This document shows, in pieces, positions 1-10,663 of a DNA stretch of 64,000 nucleotides; within the stretch, counting starts at the first letter, position 1; every line of letters starts with the position of its first letter. The stretch comes from an uncultured Chloroflexia bacterium. GTDB taxonomy: Bacteria; Chloroflexota; Dehalococcoidia; DSTF01; WHTK01. A program made the position numbers and the translations under genes. Under the pieces are notes generated by a model that saw only the letters and a list, made by a program, of their open reading frames with translations, searched no databases and was not told the origin of the DNA. The stretch is taken from positions 17,732-81,731 of the forward strand of contig CAVSWS010000040.1 in the NCBI GenBank assembly GCA_963731765.1, read 5' to 3'.

Positions 1-1213
1 CGGGACCGGCCGGCTCCACGTCCGCGATGTTGAGCGCGACGACCGGCGACGTCGGGGTGAGGATGAGGTCGACCTCACGCATGAGCAGGCCGACGCGATG
101 CTTGAATTCCATCTGGCGCCAGCGAGCGCGGGCGTAGTCGAGGCCGGTGATGCTCATCGCCGACTGTACACGCTGCCGAGGCAGCTCGCTGAGCTCCTCG
201 GGACGCTCACGCAGGCGCTCTTCGTGAAAGGCGCCGGTCTCAGCCGTGAAGGCCTGGTTGTCCTGGTGATAATCGGGGTCCGGAAACTCGACCTCCGTAA
301 CAGTGGCGCCTAGCGACTCGAATACCGGAACGGTCGCGCGTACCGCCGCGAGGACTTCGGGGTCGACGACGTCCTCATCGAAGAAGAAGTTGCGCGGGAC
401 GCCGATGCGCATGCCCTCGAGCGGTCGCGGGGTCGCCGACGCCGGCTCGAGGTAGGCAGCGTAGTCCGGCACCGGCACGTCGGCCGTGGTGGGGTCGCGC
501 TCATCGAAGCCTGCGATGGCGTTGAGGATGAGGGCGCAGTCTTCGGCGTCGCGCGCCATGGGGCCGGCGTGGTCGAGCGACCACACGAGGGGGATGACGC
601 CTCGCAGGCTGACCCGGCCCCACGTGGGCTTGAGGCCGGTGATGCCGCAAAGCGAGGCCGGCATGCGGATGCTGCCCCGCGTATCGGAGCCCAGGGAGCC
701 GTAGCAGTAGCCCGCCGCCAGGGCGAGGCCGGAACCGCCGGAGGAGCCACCGGTGACCTTGGTCTGGTCCCACGGGTTCTTCGGCGTGGGGAAGAAGTAG
801 TTGACGTTGGTGCCGCCCATGGCCCACTCGTGCAGATTGAGCTTGCCGAGCATGACGGCACCGGCCTGCTTCAGCCTGGCGACGGCCTCCGCGTCCTCCT
901 CCGGCACGTTCTCAGTCACGAGCACCGAGCCGGCCGTGGTACGCACGCCTGCCGTCTCGTACAGGTCTTTGATGGCGAACGGGACGCCGTGCAGGGGTCC
1001 GAGGCTGCGTCCGGCGGCGATTTCGTCTGTCGCGAGCTTTGCTTCCTGACGCGCCGTCTCGAAGGTAGGCGTGAGGTAAGCGTGCAGGTTGTCGTCCAGC
1101 GCTTCGGCGCGGGCGATGCAGGCTTCGGTGAGCTCCAGAGGCGAGGCTTCGCGGGCGGCGATAAGGTTCGCGGCCTGGCGAATCGAGAGGTAGATGAGGT
1201 CTTTAGCATCCAT
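1..1213 (-). CDS. Amidase-signature (GatA-like) enzyme, runs off the window edge
   Basis: Manual translation from ATG 1213: MDAKDLIYLSIRQAANL...GPLHGVPFAIKD...GKLNLHEWAMG...TGGSSGGS...GSDTRGSIRMPASLCGITGLKPT. Absent from the ORF track because no stop lies in the window. Confidence 0.9.
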   Translation of the reverse strand, partial: MDAKDLIYLSIRQAANLIAAREASPLELTEACIARAEALDDNLHAYLTPTFETARQEAKLATDEIAAGRSLGPLHGVPFAIKDLYETAGVRTTAGSVLVTENVPEEDAEAVARLKQAGAVMLGKLNLHEWAMGGTNVNYFFPTPKNPWDQTKVTGGSSGGSGLALAAGYCYGSLGSDTRGSIRMPASLCGITGLKPTWGRVSLRGVIPLVWSLDHAGPMARDAEDCALILNAIAGFDERDPTTADVPVPDYAAYLEPASATPRPLEGMRIGVPRNFFFDEDVVDPEVLAAVRATVPVFESLGATVTEVEFPDPDYHQDNQAFTAETGAFHEERLRERPEELSELPRQRVQSAMSITGLDYARARWRQMEFKHRVGLLMREVDLILTPTSPVVALNIADVEPAGP

Positions 1214-1276
1214 GGGCGGCTCCTTCGGCAGCAACTGGAGGGCGGTTTCTTGACAGAGGGTCTAAGATTCTCGCCC

Positions 1277-2290
1277 ATGACAGACGTGTTAGACGAGGCC
1301 CTGCAGGCGATCGGCCGCACCGCTCCCGAATTCGCGAACGGCAACAGCAACCACGCGCCCATGGTGGCCGAGACGTTGATGGCACTCGACCGCCCCGACG
1401 CGGTGCTCTCGTGGGTTGAAGCTTACTGCCGCGAGCTGGGTGAGCGGCCCGCCGAGCGTCCTTCTATCGACGGCGACTGGCGTCAAGACCTCGGCAAGTC
1501 GGAGGAATGGGCGGCCTGGGTGGCGCTATTTCGCCAGGAGCTGCAGGAGCTGCACTGGACCGAGGTGGTGGAGGCGTGGACCGTGCGTCTGGCGCCCGGT
1601 CTCTCCGGTGCGGCGATGCACGGCCTGCTGCGGACGGCTCATGCCGTCAGGGCGCTCGGGCAGGTCGAATCGCAGCCTCGACTCGATGAGCTGGCGGACG
1701 CGCTGGCGTACTGGGCCGCCAGCTATCACGCCTTCGGCTCGGTGCCTACCGGCCTGCAGCACTTCGACCTCGATGCCGCCCTGAGCCGCGTGCCCGACCT
1801 CGACGTCGACACGTCCGGCAACATCGACGATGCGTTGCGCCAGCTGGACAGGTCACGTGAGTTCGCGCCCGTAATCAACCTGCTGGGCACGAGTTCCGAT
1901 CCGCTACAGGACCTCTCGAGGCTGACCCAGCGATTCGCCGCGCTGTACATCCGCAACGCGACGGACCCGGCGCGAACCTTCGCAGTGGTGCATGCGGTCA
2001 CGGGCCCCTCGGCGCTGCGATTGCTGTCGCCCCACGTGTCGAAGTCGACGCTGGAGCTGCTGCTGCTCTATGCGTGGCAGGCGGACGGAGCGATCTACGG
2101 CATCTGGGCGCGGGATCGCGATGATCCCGAGCTCGGCGACGACCCAGCTGATAAGCAGGGCCTGATCGACGCCGCCGTGAGCAACGGTGCCGCACATGCG
2201 ATCAAGCTTGTCGAGGTGTGTCTGCGGGAGCATCATCGCAACCCGGCGCCCGTGTATCTGGCAGCCGCGGCGGATGCGGCGAGCGGCTAA
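1277..2290 (+). CDS. Questin oxidase-like (DUF4243) protein
   Basis: C-terminal part of the 569..2290 ORF, from MTDVLDEAL; His motifs NHAPM, HGLLRTAHA, VHAVTG, AHAIK; TAAGAT -10 box 8 nt upstream. Confidence 0.75.
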   Translation: MTDVLDEALQAIGRTAPEFANGNSNHAPMVAETLMALDRPDAVLSWVEAYCRELGERPAERPSIDGDWRQDLGKSEEWAAWVALFRQELQELHWTEVVEAWTVRLAPGLSGAAMHGLLRTAHAVRALGQVESQPRLDELADALAYWAASYHAFGSVPTGLQHFDLDAALSRVPDLDVDTSGNIDDALRQLDRSREFAPVINLLGTSSDPLQDLSRLTQRFAALYIRNATDPARTFAVVHAVTGPSALRLLSPHVSKSTLELLLLYAWQADGAIYGIWARDRDDPELGDDPADKQGLIDAAVSNGAAHAIKLVEVCLREHHRNPAPVYLAAAADAASG

Positions 2291-2328
2291 CGGGATAGCT
2301 TCAGCGGCTCTGCGGTGGCGCTCGAGCA

Positions 2329-2398
2329 GTGCGGTGATGAGTCCCGCAACTTGCGTTTTGGGCCGCACAAGTCACTGCGGGATGAATCCCGCAGCTTG
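2329..2398. repeat. Two copies of REP-like palindrome CTGCGGGATGAATCCCGCAG
   Basis: Degenerate copy at about 2329-2353 and intact copy at 2375-2394, between convergent genes; related copies elsewhere in the window. Confidence 0.75.
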
Positions 2399-2406
2399 TG
2401 TTTCAG

Positions 2407-3258
2407 CTATTCGTCGCGGAGCTGCTTGAGGATGTCGACGTTCTTCTGGTCGGGGCCCTTGGCTTCGCCGAAGCCGGGGACTTCGAGCAGGAACGGCACG
2501 TCCTTGAAGGCGCGGTGGTGGACGATGCGCTTGAAGCCCTCGACGCCGATGTGGCCATCGCCGATGTTTTCGTGGCGGTCGCGGCCGGAGCCGAGCTCGA
2601 CCTTCGAGTCGTTGGCGTGGACGGCGACGAGCTGCTCCAGACCCACTTCGTCCTCGAACTCGCTCATCGCCAGCTCCAGACCCTCGGCGGTCGAGAAGTC
2701 GTAGCCGGCCGCGTAGGAGTGCTGCGTGTCGATGCAGACTTTCACGCGCGGGCTGCCCACCTCGCGAATGATGCGCCCAAGGTCGGCCCAGTTCGAACCG
2801 ATGTTGCCGCCAGCGCCCGCCGAGTTCTCAAGGATCAGTAGCGAGTCGTCCGGAGTCGCTTCGAGCACGTCCTGGCAGGCCTTGCAAATCTGGGCGAATA
2901 CGGCATCGAGGCCCTGGCCCTTGTGCGATCCGAGGTGAAAAATCACGCCTCGCATGCCGAGCTGGGAGCAGCTTGTGAGGGCCGACTTGAGTGAGCCGAT
3001 GCCGCGATTGAGGTTCGGAATGTCGTCCGTCGCGAGGTTAATCAGGTAAACGCCGTGGATGAAGACGTCCTTCGCGTCGATCGGGCTGGTCTCTGCCCGG
3101 TCACGGAAGGCCTGGATCTGGTTCTCGTCGAACTTGCTGGAGCGCCACTGCTGGGGCGGGGTGAGAAACACCTGAATCGCCTCGGCGCCGATGGCTTCGG
3201 CACGGTCGAAACAGTTGGCCGGGCCGCCGGCTGCCGAGACGTGTGCACCAATCTTCAT
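2407..3258 (-). CDS. nfo: Endonuclease IV
   Basis: MKIGAHVS, HGVYLINL, FHLGSH, LENSAG, CIDTQH, HANDSK, DRHENIGDG motifs. Confidence 0.95.
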   Translation of the reverse strand: MKIGAHVSAAGGPANCFDRAEAIGAEAIQVFLTPPQQWRSSKFDENQIQAFRDRAETSPIDAKDVFIHGVYLINLATDDIPNLNRGIGSLKSALTSCSQLGMRGVIFHLGSHKGQGLDAVFAQICKACQDVLEATPDDSLLILENSAGAGGNIGSNWADLGRIIREVGSPRVKVCIDTQHSYAAGYDFSTAEGLELAMSEFEDEVGLEQLVAVHANDSKVELGSGRDRHENIGDGHIGVEGFKRIVHHRAFKDVPFLLEVPGFGEAKGPDQKNVDILKQLRDE

Positions 3259-3342
3259 GTGTGCAAGCTACGGCTTCGGGCCTCAAGCTGCAAGCGTGGG
3301 CAGACTCAAAGCGCGGTGGTTTAACGTTGGCGTCGGGCGGAG

Positions 3343-4786
3343 CTAGGCTGCGTCAGCCGTGACATGAGAGGCTGTCGGAGGTGCCGGCGCACCGGAGGTC
3401 TTGAGGCGCGCCATGACTTGAGTGAATACGGCGACCACGTGCGAATCGAAGTGAGTGCCGGAGGAGCGGTGTAGCTCTTTGACGGCGTCTTCGTGACTCA
3501 CCGCGGGCTGATAGACGCGTCCGGAGGTCATGGCATCGTAGGCGTCTGCGACGGACACAATGCGCGCATGCAGTGGGATGTTCTCCCCGGCGAGGCCGAG
3601 GGGGTAGCCGGAACCATCGACGCGTTCGTGGTGCAGGTAGATGGCTTCGGCAGCGGGTTCCAGGGCTTTAACGCTGCGGGCGATGTCGTAGCCGCGGGTG
3701 GCGTGCTGCTGGATGACGGCGAACTCCTCGTCCGTGAGCTTGCTGGGCTTCGTCAGGATGCGGTCCGGCACGCCAATCTTGCCGACATCGTGCATCTGAG
3801 CACCGAGGGCAAGCCGGCGCAGCTCGAGGGTCGACAGACCCATCTCCTTGCCAATCATCACCGCAAAGCTGGCGACACGACGGACGTGACCGAGGGTGTA
3901 GAGGTCTTTCCATTCGATGGCATCGACCAGCTCGGCGATGGGCTGAGCGTGGCCGTGGTTGAGCTGAGTCACGGCATCGCGCATGGCGAGAGCGTCGGCG
4001 ATGACGCGGATGTTGCCGGCGCGTCGCACCTCCATGGCCCAGGCGCCGAACAGCATCACGAAGGCCGAAGCATAGAGGCCGTGGTAGAGCCACCAGCTGT
4101 AGTGCCAGTAGCGCCCGAAAGTCATCGAGGCCTGTACCTCGACCAGCAGGACAACGACGCAGACCATGGCCCACTGGCTGGGCTGTCGTGCGAAGAGAAA
4201 GGCCTGGAGGTATCGGTATGCGGCGAAGAGCAGCAGCGACATCGTGAAGTACCGTGACGCCCAGCTGCACCTCCCGCAGGTCGTAGGGCACCCAGGAGAG
4301 CCAGTCCGGTGAAGCGATTGCCAGGCCCATGTAGACGCCCAATGCCAGGGCGATGACACCGAAGAGGGGCAGGCTGTAGCGCTTAACCAGGTCTTCGACC
4401 ACGGTGGGGAGCGTCGCGACGCTCAAAGCGACGAAGATGGCGCCCAGTAGCACGCTGAGCCAGCTACTGACGCTCAGCTCCGCGTGCGCCTCGGAGTGGA
4501 TGTGGCCGGGCGTCATGAGGCCGTGGACCGCGAAGACGGAGGCGATGCACATAAAGGCGAGGCCGAGGAAGAGGAGGCGAGTCTCCTTCATGGACTGAAT
4601 GAGGCTCACGACGACGCCGAATGCGACCGCTGCCGCCAGCGTCACTCCGGAGACGATATAGAAGTGGAAGTTGTTAGTGCCGAAGGAATGGTCCCAGGAC
4701 GGCACCTTCAGCAATACGACGAGAGCAATGGCGGGAGAGATAAGCAGAGGCCCCCAGAAGGCCCACCAACGCCGACTCAACCCCAT
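3343..4786 (-). CDS. Membrane-bound HD-GYP phosphodiesterase; apparent +1 frameshift near 4251
   Basis: N-terminal multi-TM part in ORF 3668..4831; C-terminal HDVGK, HHERVDGSGYP, ADAYDAMTS in ORF 3343..4359; removing one base joins GVT-VFTMSLL. Confidence 0.85.
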
Positions 4787-4858
4787 GTTCCAGCACCCCG
4801 AAACGGCTTCATCACATTCAGTTATCGGCAATGTGAATCGGGTCAGAAGGGGATTCGC

Positions 4859-5947
4859 TTATAGACCTAGCGATTCGGCGACCATCTGGTTCACCAGCTC
4901 GCCGTTCCGGGTCATCAATCCCTTTGCCAGGCTGCCGTCTGAAGCGATTGCGGCCTCAGAACCCAATCCCGCGATCTTGAGGATGTAAGAGACTGTCGCG
5001 GCGGTGAGGGCGAGGGTCGAAGAGTGCGGCACGGCGCCGGGCATGTTGGGTACGCAGTAGTGCACGACGCCCCCTTCGACGAAGACGGGATCGCTGTGCG
5101 ACGTGGGCCGCGACGTCTCGAAGCTACCGCCCTGGTCGATTGAGACGTCGACCATGACCGCGCCTTCGCCGAGCAGCCGGAGCGCGTCGCGGCTCACGAG
5201 CTTCGGCGCGGCGGCACCGCCAGGTATGAGCACGCCGCTGACGACGAGGTCGGCGCCGGTGATAGCCCGCTCGATGTTGCCCTCGGTGGACGGCAGGGTA
5301 ACGAGACGATGGGGCCAGCGGTCTTCGAGGCGTCGGAGGTCCGCCAGGCGCTCGGAGACAACCGTGACCTGGGCTCCAAGCGCGAGCGCCACGTCGCAGG
5401 CGTTGCCCGAGACGGTGCCGGCACCGAGGATCACGACCCGTGCAGGACGGGAGCCCGGCAGCCCGGAGAGCAGCTTGCCCCGCCCGGGTCCCGGGTGCTG
5501 CAGCCATCGCTGCCCTACCAGGGTGGCCATGCGACCGGCGATCTGGCTCATCGGGATCAACAACGGGAGGGAACCGTCCGGGAGCTGCACGGTCTCGTAG
5601 GCAATGCTGGTGGTGCCGGCGGCGAGGAGCGCTTCGGTGGCTTCCCGCGCCGCCGCGAGATGCAGGTAGGTGAACAGCGTCTGGCCGCTGCGGAGCATGG
5701 GAAACTCCGGCGCCAGAGGCTCCTTCACCTTTATGACAAGTTCGGCGGTGCCCCACACGTCAGCGGCGGAGGATACAACTTCGGCGCCGTGCTGCTGGTA
5801 GACCGCATCCGAGAAGCCGCTGCCCGCGCCAGCGCCCGTCTCGACGAGGACGCGATGGCCCTGGCGCACGAGGTCATCGACACCTTCCGGTGCCAGACCG
5901 ACGCGGTACTCCTCGTCCTTGATCTCGCGGACGGTGCCTACGATCAC
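4859..5947 (-). CDS. ald: Alanine dehydrogenase
   Basis: MIVGTVREIKDEEYRV, FTYLHLAA, PMSQIAGR, DQGGSFETS, VPNMPGAVP; GTG start overlaps the upstream TGA (GTGA). Confidence 0.92.
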   Translation of the reverse strand: MIVGTVREIKDEEYRVGLAPEGVDDLVRQGHRVLVETGAGAGSGFSDAVYQQHGAEVVSSAADVWGTAELVIKVKEPLAPEFPMLRSGQTLFTYLHLAAAREATEALLAAGTTSIAYETVQLPDGSLPLLIPMSQIAGRMATLVGQRWLQHPGPGRGKLLSGLPGSRPARVVILGAGTVSGNACDVALALGAQVTVVSERLADLRRLEDRWPHRLVTLPSTEGNIERAITGADLVVSGVLIPGGAAAPKLVSRDALRLLGEGAVMVDVSIDQGGSFETSRPTSHSDPVFVEGGVVHYCVPNMPGAVPHSSTLALTAATVSYILKIAGLGSEAAIASDGSLAKGLMTRNGELVNQMVAESLGL

Positions 5948-8349
5948 TGGTCCAGGCCCATGGGCCCGCGCCATTGCTCCGCGGCGAAGTCGCGCAGGCG
6001 CTCGGCGAAGCTGGTGAGACGCGCCTGCACCAGCCCGTTGATCGAATCGGGCGGGTAGGCGCCGTCAGGGCCTCGCTCGCCGGCAGGGACGCCCGTGAGG
6101 AGCTCCAGCGCCTCGTCTACAGTCGTCACGGAGTAGACCTTGAATCGACCTGCCCGCACCGCTTCGACGACGTCCTCGCGAAGCATGAGGTGCTGCACGT
6201 TGCTCGCTGGAATAATGACGCCCTGGTCGCCAGTCAGGCCTCGCTCGTTGCACACGTCGTAGAAGCCCTCGATCTTGTGATTGGCCCCACCGATGGCCTG
6301 TACCTCACCGCGCTGGTCCATGGAGCCTGTGATGGCAAACGACTGCTTCAGAGGAACGCCGGAGAGCCTCGAGAGGAGCGCACAGGTCTCGGCGCAGGTG
6401 GCGCTGTCGCCCTCCAGGAGGCCGTAGCTCTGCTCAAAGGAGAGGCGGGCCGAAAGCGTGAGGGGCGCCTCGGCGGCGTAGCGGTCGACGAGGAAGCCCG
6501 TTAGCGTGAGGACCGCCTTGGAGTGAATCGGACCGCTGAGATGGGCCTCCCGCTGCAGATCGACGATGCCTTCCCGTCCGACGCCCACGGTGGCCGTGAT
6601 GCGCGCGGGCTGCCCGAAGGCCGTGTCACCCAGGTCGATAACGGAAAGGCCGTTGACCTGGCCCACCTCTTCGCCTTCGGTATCGACCACGACGATCTCT
6701 TTGCGGATGGCTTCGCGGCTGTTGTCCTCGATGAGGTTGACTCGCTCGTTGCGGGCGGCGATGGCCTGGCTGATGTGCTCGGCCGTGATCACCGGTGATG
6801 CGCTCTGCCGGGCCCAGTACGCTCCCTCGCGCACGATGTCCGAAATGACGCCGAAGAGGACAGAGAGCTTGTTGTGGTCGTCGGCGAGGCGCATACCCTC
6901 CTCCACGACGCGCGCGACCCCGCTGCGGTCCACGGGTGGGAGGTTCTCTCGCTGCGTTACCGCCGCGAGGAGGGCGGCGTAGTCCGTCTGATGCTCCGGC
7001 GTGCGGTCGATGCGCAAATCGAAGTTCGCCTTGACCTTGAAGAGCTCACGAAAGTCCGGGTCCATTGTGTAAAGCGCGCGATAGACGCTCTCACGGGCGA
7101 TGCCAATGATCTTGCCGGTCCATGGGATGGGCTGAGGGCGCAGGGACTTCGTCTCGACCATACCAATGCGATCGCCCAGTTCCTCGATAGTGATCTCACC
7201 CGTGTGGAGCACGCGCTTGAGCTCATTCCATGACAGGGGGTAGAGCAGAAGATCATCGAAGTCGAAGACGAGATAGCCGCCGTTTGCCCGGTGCATCGAG
7301 CCGGGGCGGATCATTGTGAAATCCGTGGTCAGAGCGCCGAACACTGCTTCTTTCTCGATGCTGCCGAAGAGGTGCTGGGGCGTCGGATTGGACTCGTAGA
7401 CGACCGGCGCGCACTCCATGTCGGAACAATCGACGAGCAGGTTGACTTGATAGCGTCTGAACGGCAGCGACGGGTCTCGAGTTGGCGGCATCCCCGGCGT
7501 GGGCGGTGTTGGCAGGAAGGCCGTAATTTTGTCGACCATGTCCTTGCGCATTGCCAGCATGTGCTGGATGACTTCCGGATAGTCCTGGTAGTCCTCGAAG
7601 AAGCGCTGCACGAGCATGTCCACGACGTTCATGGCGACGGTGCGTTGCAGATCGGCCATGCGCTCTGCTGCTTCCATCTCCTCGCTCTGACCCTGCTTCG
7701 CCAGGGGCTTGAGCTCCTCCATGAGCTCATCGCGGCGATTCATCAGGTCGGCGCGCGATTCGGCAGGCAGGGCTGCGAACGCCTCATCATTCATCGGTTC
7801 GCCGTTGAGCAAGGGGACCAGGAAGAAGCCTTCGAAGTTGCCCTGGAGGAGGAAGCCTGCCTTACGCGCGCGCTCAGCCAGCGAGACGAAGAGCTCCTGG
7901 CGCTGTCGCTGCACGAGGCCGGTGATCTCGTCACGCCGGCGCACGTAGTCATCGGAGGCGAAGGTGCGCGGGATGAGGTCGCGCGCCTCGTCGATCATCC
8001 CTGCTATCGACCGGGCGAAAACTGCGCCCTTCCCCGGAGGCAGACGGAGGGCTACAGGCTTGTAGGAGTCCGTGAAGTTGTTGACGTAGACCCACTCGTC
8101 CGGTCCCGGCTTACCGGCCGCGACATCCTGCAGGTGCTCACGGATCGCCGTGCTGCGACCCGTGCCCGGTTCGCCGGTGACGACTATGTTGAAGCCCTGG
8201 CTGTCCATACCGAGGCCGAACTTGATCGCCTCGATGGCACGGGTCTGGCCGATGAGCCCTACATGGGGCGTCACCTCGGCGGTGGTCGCGAAGGAGAAGC
8301 TGTCCGGGTCACACTTCGGACGTAGCTGTTCGATTGGCACTTCCGGCAC
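5944..8349 (-). CDS. Lon-like protease (LonC-type, AAA plus Lon protease domain)
   Basis: IGQTRA, degenerate Walker A GEPGTGRS, HRANGGYL, GQVNGLSV, EGDSA Ser and KIEGF Lys dyad. Confidence 0.9.
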   Translation of the reverse strand: MPEVPIEQLRPKCDPDSFSFATTAEVTPHVGLIGQTRAIEAIKFGLGMDSQGFNIVVTGEPGTGRSTAIREHLQDVAAGKPGPDEWVYVNNFTDSYKPVALRLPPGKGAVFARSIAGMIDEARDLIPRTFASDDYVRRRDEITGLVQRQRQELFVSLAERARKAGFLLQGNFEGFFLVPLLNGEPMNDEAFAALPAESRADLMNRRDELMEELKPLAKQGQSEEMEAAERMADLQRTVAMNVVDMLVQRFFEDYQDYPEVIQHMLAMRKDMVDKITAFLPTPPTPGMPPTRDPSLPFRRYQVNLLVDCSDMECAPVVYESNPTPQHLFGSIEKEAVFGALTTDFTMIRPGSMHRANGGYLVFDFDDLLLYPLSWNELKRVLHTGEITIEELGDRIGMVETKSLRPQPIPWTGKIIGIARESVYRALYTMDPDFRELFKVKANFDLRIDRTPEHQTDYAALLAAVTQRENLPPVDRSGVARVVEEGMRLADDHNKLSVLFGVISDIVREGAYWARQSASPVITAEHISQAIAARNERVNLIEDNSREAIRKEIVVVDTEGEEVGQVNGLSVIDLGDTAFGQPARITATVGVGREGIVDLQREAHLSGPIHSKAVLTLTGFLVDRYAAEAPLTLSARLSFEQSYGLLEGDSATCAETCALLSRLSGVPLKQSFAITGSMDQRGEVQAIGGANHKIEGFYDVCNERGLTGDQGVIIPASNVQHLMLREDVVEAVRAGRFKVYSVTTVDEALELLTGVPAGERGPDGAYPPDSINGLVQARLTSFAERLRDFAAEQWRGPMGLDQ

Positions 8350-8416
8350 GCTGAATCCTCCCGTGCTGCCTGTTTTGCCCCGACTGATGGAGGCACGCGC
8401 CGAATTCGGGCGCCCG

Positions 8417-8812
8417 CTATTTTATCGACTGCCTGAGCGCCGTCATGAAACGCTCGGGTTCTTCCAGGCTCACGGCGAGCCGGTCGCAGGGGAACTTCAT
8501 GAACGGCAGCAGGCCTGCGACCTTCATCCGCCGGCTAAACCTGATCTCGACTACTCCCTGGAAGCTCGCTACCAGCCCTACCAGGCCGACGAAGTTGCCT
8601 CGCCAGCCGAGGCCGTAGTACCAGGGCCAGCGCGTCGGCGTCACCGACTCCACTTCGGCTAAGGGAAAGGTCTCGTTGAAGAACCAGCCAAAACGAGCGC
8701 GAAGCTGATCGCCTTCGATGGCCACGTAGCTATTGGAGTCTCGGGTGAATCCAACCAGCCAGAGCAGGGGCAAGAGAAGCGTCGCCCGCCGAATGAGGAA
8801 GCGCTCGTCCAT
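8417..8812 (-). CDS. Hypothetical membrane-associated protein
   Basis: MDERFLIRRA...ARFGWF...GLGWR...VSLEEPERF; coherent ORF in the minus-strand run. Confidence 0.65.
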   Translation of the reverse strand: MDERFLIRRATLLLPLLWLVGFTRDSNSYVAIEGDQLRARFGWFFNETFPLAEVESVTPTRWPWYYGLGWRGNFVGLVGLVASFQGVVEIRFSRRMKVAGLLPFMKFPCDRLAVSLEEPERFMTALRQSIK

Positions 8813-8832
8813 CGAATGACGGCTTCTTGGTC

Positions 8833-9117
8833 CTAGGCCGAAACCGGCGCGGCCTGCAACGCTGCAACCGATTCGGCGAGAGCCGTGAGCTCGGCCAGTC
8901 GCGGCGTGAGGGCAGACGAGACGCCACGAGGCTCCCAACCGTTCAGGCGCCCCGGATGGCCGTAGTCCGTCTGCTCGAAGCGCGCGCTGCCCCGTGGCGT
9001 CTCAATCGTGACGATTCGCCAGAGCATGGCGTTCGGGGTGCCGTGCAGGGCATCGTAAGGCGGGTAGACCCTCTGCTCACAGGTGACGTTGATGATGCTG
9101 GATTCGGGTTCTGACAT
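8833..9117 (-). CDS. Hypothetical protein (94 aa)
   Basis: GGAGGAG Shine-Dalgarno upstream of the ATG; fills the gap between neighbours. Confidence 0.65.
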   Translation of the reverse strand: MSEPESSIINVTCEQRVYPPYDALHGTPNAMLWRIVTIETPRGSARFEQTDYGHPGRLNGWEPRGVSSALTPRLAELTALAESVAALQAAPVSA

Positions 9118-9180
9118 CCTGCTCCTCCAATGCGGCCATATTTGCCGAGTGACCGAATCGTAGCGGTTCCCGGGGGCACG

Positions 9181-9206
9181 AAAAAGCCGCCGAGGTTTCG
9201 GCGGCT
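9181..9206 (-). terminator. Intrinsic terminator
   Basis: AGCCGCCGA-AACC-TCGGCGGCT hairpin running into a T tract on the minus strand. Confidence 0.8.
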
Positions 9207-9233
9207 CTCAGCGTACGTAGAGCGGGGTGGAGC

Positions 9234-9689
9234 TTATCGGCGGCTGCTCCAGAACGGCTGCGTGCCCTTCTCCTCTGTGTAGAGCATGTATCCTCCGGCG
9301 GCCAACGCAAGGACGGCGAGGAAGCCCAGGAAGAAGCCGTAGGAGAGGTGGCTGGACTCGTTGAGGAATTTGATAATCACGAGCACCAGGGCCGCTATGC
9401 CTGCACCAGCATAGGCCTGACCCCACGTAACACTGCCGCCGAGGTCAGGGAGCTGGATGGTCGAGAACTTTGGCGCCAGAACCGCGGCCGCCATCACGAT
9501 CCCGATGAGCACTGCCAGGATCGAGAAGAGCGACCCGGGCGCATCCCACCCATTCGCACTGGCGCTGGCAGAGAAGCCACCAAAACTCGCCGTGACCTTG
9601 TACCAGGGCAGAAACGACGCGATAAGAAGGACGATGCCGCCTCCCGCGATCAGCTTCTCGCCGGTGCTCATCTCGTTGATCTTTTCCAT
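9234..9689 (-). CDS. Four-TM hypothetical membrane protein
   Basis: AGGAGGAG SD; SFLPWY...NGW motif; four hydrophobic segments. Confidence 0.8.
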   Translation of the reverse strand: MEKINEMSTGEKLIAGGGIVLLIASFLPWYKVTASFGGFSASASANGWDAPGSLFSILAVLIGIVMAAAVLAPKFSTIQLPDLGGSVTWGQAYAGAGIAALVLVIIKFLNESSHLSYGFFLGFLAVLALAAGGYMLYTEEKGTQPFWSSRR

Positions 9690-9876
9690 GTGTCAGCTCC
9701 TCCTACGACGAGTCGGTCGCCGAATGGACACAGAAATAACATGTCCGCCGTGGGATTACAACGCCTTTCCGAAGAGAACTGGTAAAAGGCGCAAACTTAT
9801 TTACAAATTCGCCGGAGGCATCACGTCGTTGTAATAGCGCTGCATTGAGCTCGCCGCGAACCCTTGTCGCGGCCGA

Positions 9877-10372
9877 CTACCCTCGAGTGCGCAGGAAGAC
9901 AGGGAAGTCGAGGTCGCCGGGGGAACGCCCGACCATGGTCAGGGCTTCTGCTGCTTCGGCGCCGTGCTGCTTGGCGTGCGTGTCGATCATGGTGCGCAGC
10001 TCCCACAGCTTCCATGTGCGGTCGACGCCGTCACGGCCGCGCATGACGTACTCGCGCTCCGGGTCGTCGGCGGTCGCCATGTAGGCCCGCCAGGCGGTCT
10101 CGGAGTCGCTCCAGCTGCTGCTTGAGCTGGCTCATCGTTTTGATTGTGTGATGGCCGGGGGCCGTCTCGCGGTCGATCGGGCGCTCATGCATGCGCTCGA
10201 ACCAGATGTACTCGGCGCCCAGGCAGTGCGCGAGGATGGCGAGGATGTTGCCGTAGGTGAAGCCGTTGGGCTTCGTGAGGTCCTCGTCGGTCATGCCTTC
10301 GGTGGCGGCGAGCAGGCCATCTCGGCACCAGTACTGGTAGTCGAGCATCAGGCGGAAGTAGTCGGCGTTCAT
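9877..10372 (-). CDS. DinB family protein; apparent +1 frameshift near 10110
   Basis: YQYWCRD...LAHCLGAEYIW, then HAKQHGAEAA...GRSPGDLD in the next frame; one extra base joins them. Confidence 0.8.
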
Positions 10373-10490
10373 CAAGATTGGTCTTTCTAGCGCAATAGGT
10401 GCGGCCTGTGGCGATTACCGAGGCCGCTCCGAACCTTGAGCTGCGCATCGCTGTCGCGCTGCTCCGCACGAATATTAAAGGAAACAGAAT

Positions 10491-10540
10491 GGGGGACACC
10501 CCCCTTGCCCCCCGCGCATGGACTTCGTCCCCGCTACCCT
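10491..10540. repeat. 50-bp GC-rich dispersed repeat, copy 1
   Basis: GGGGGACACCCCCC..GCCCCCCGCGCATGG...CCCGCTACCC; near-identical to 21581-21630. Confidence 0.8.
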
Positions 10541-10663
10541 CAAGTTCAAAGCGCTAAGCATGGTGCCGTGCAGCGGGACCTGAGGGCACAGGCATATCCA
10601 TCGCCGTCGATAGGGGCAAGAAGCAGCGAGCGGTGTCACTGCGGGGGCTCGTACAATAGCGCA

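Noticed and set aside
569-1276. N-terminal 236 aa of the 573-aa ORF
   Set aside because: Antisense to the amidase; the real start is ATG 1277.
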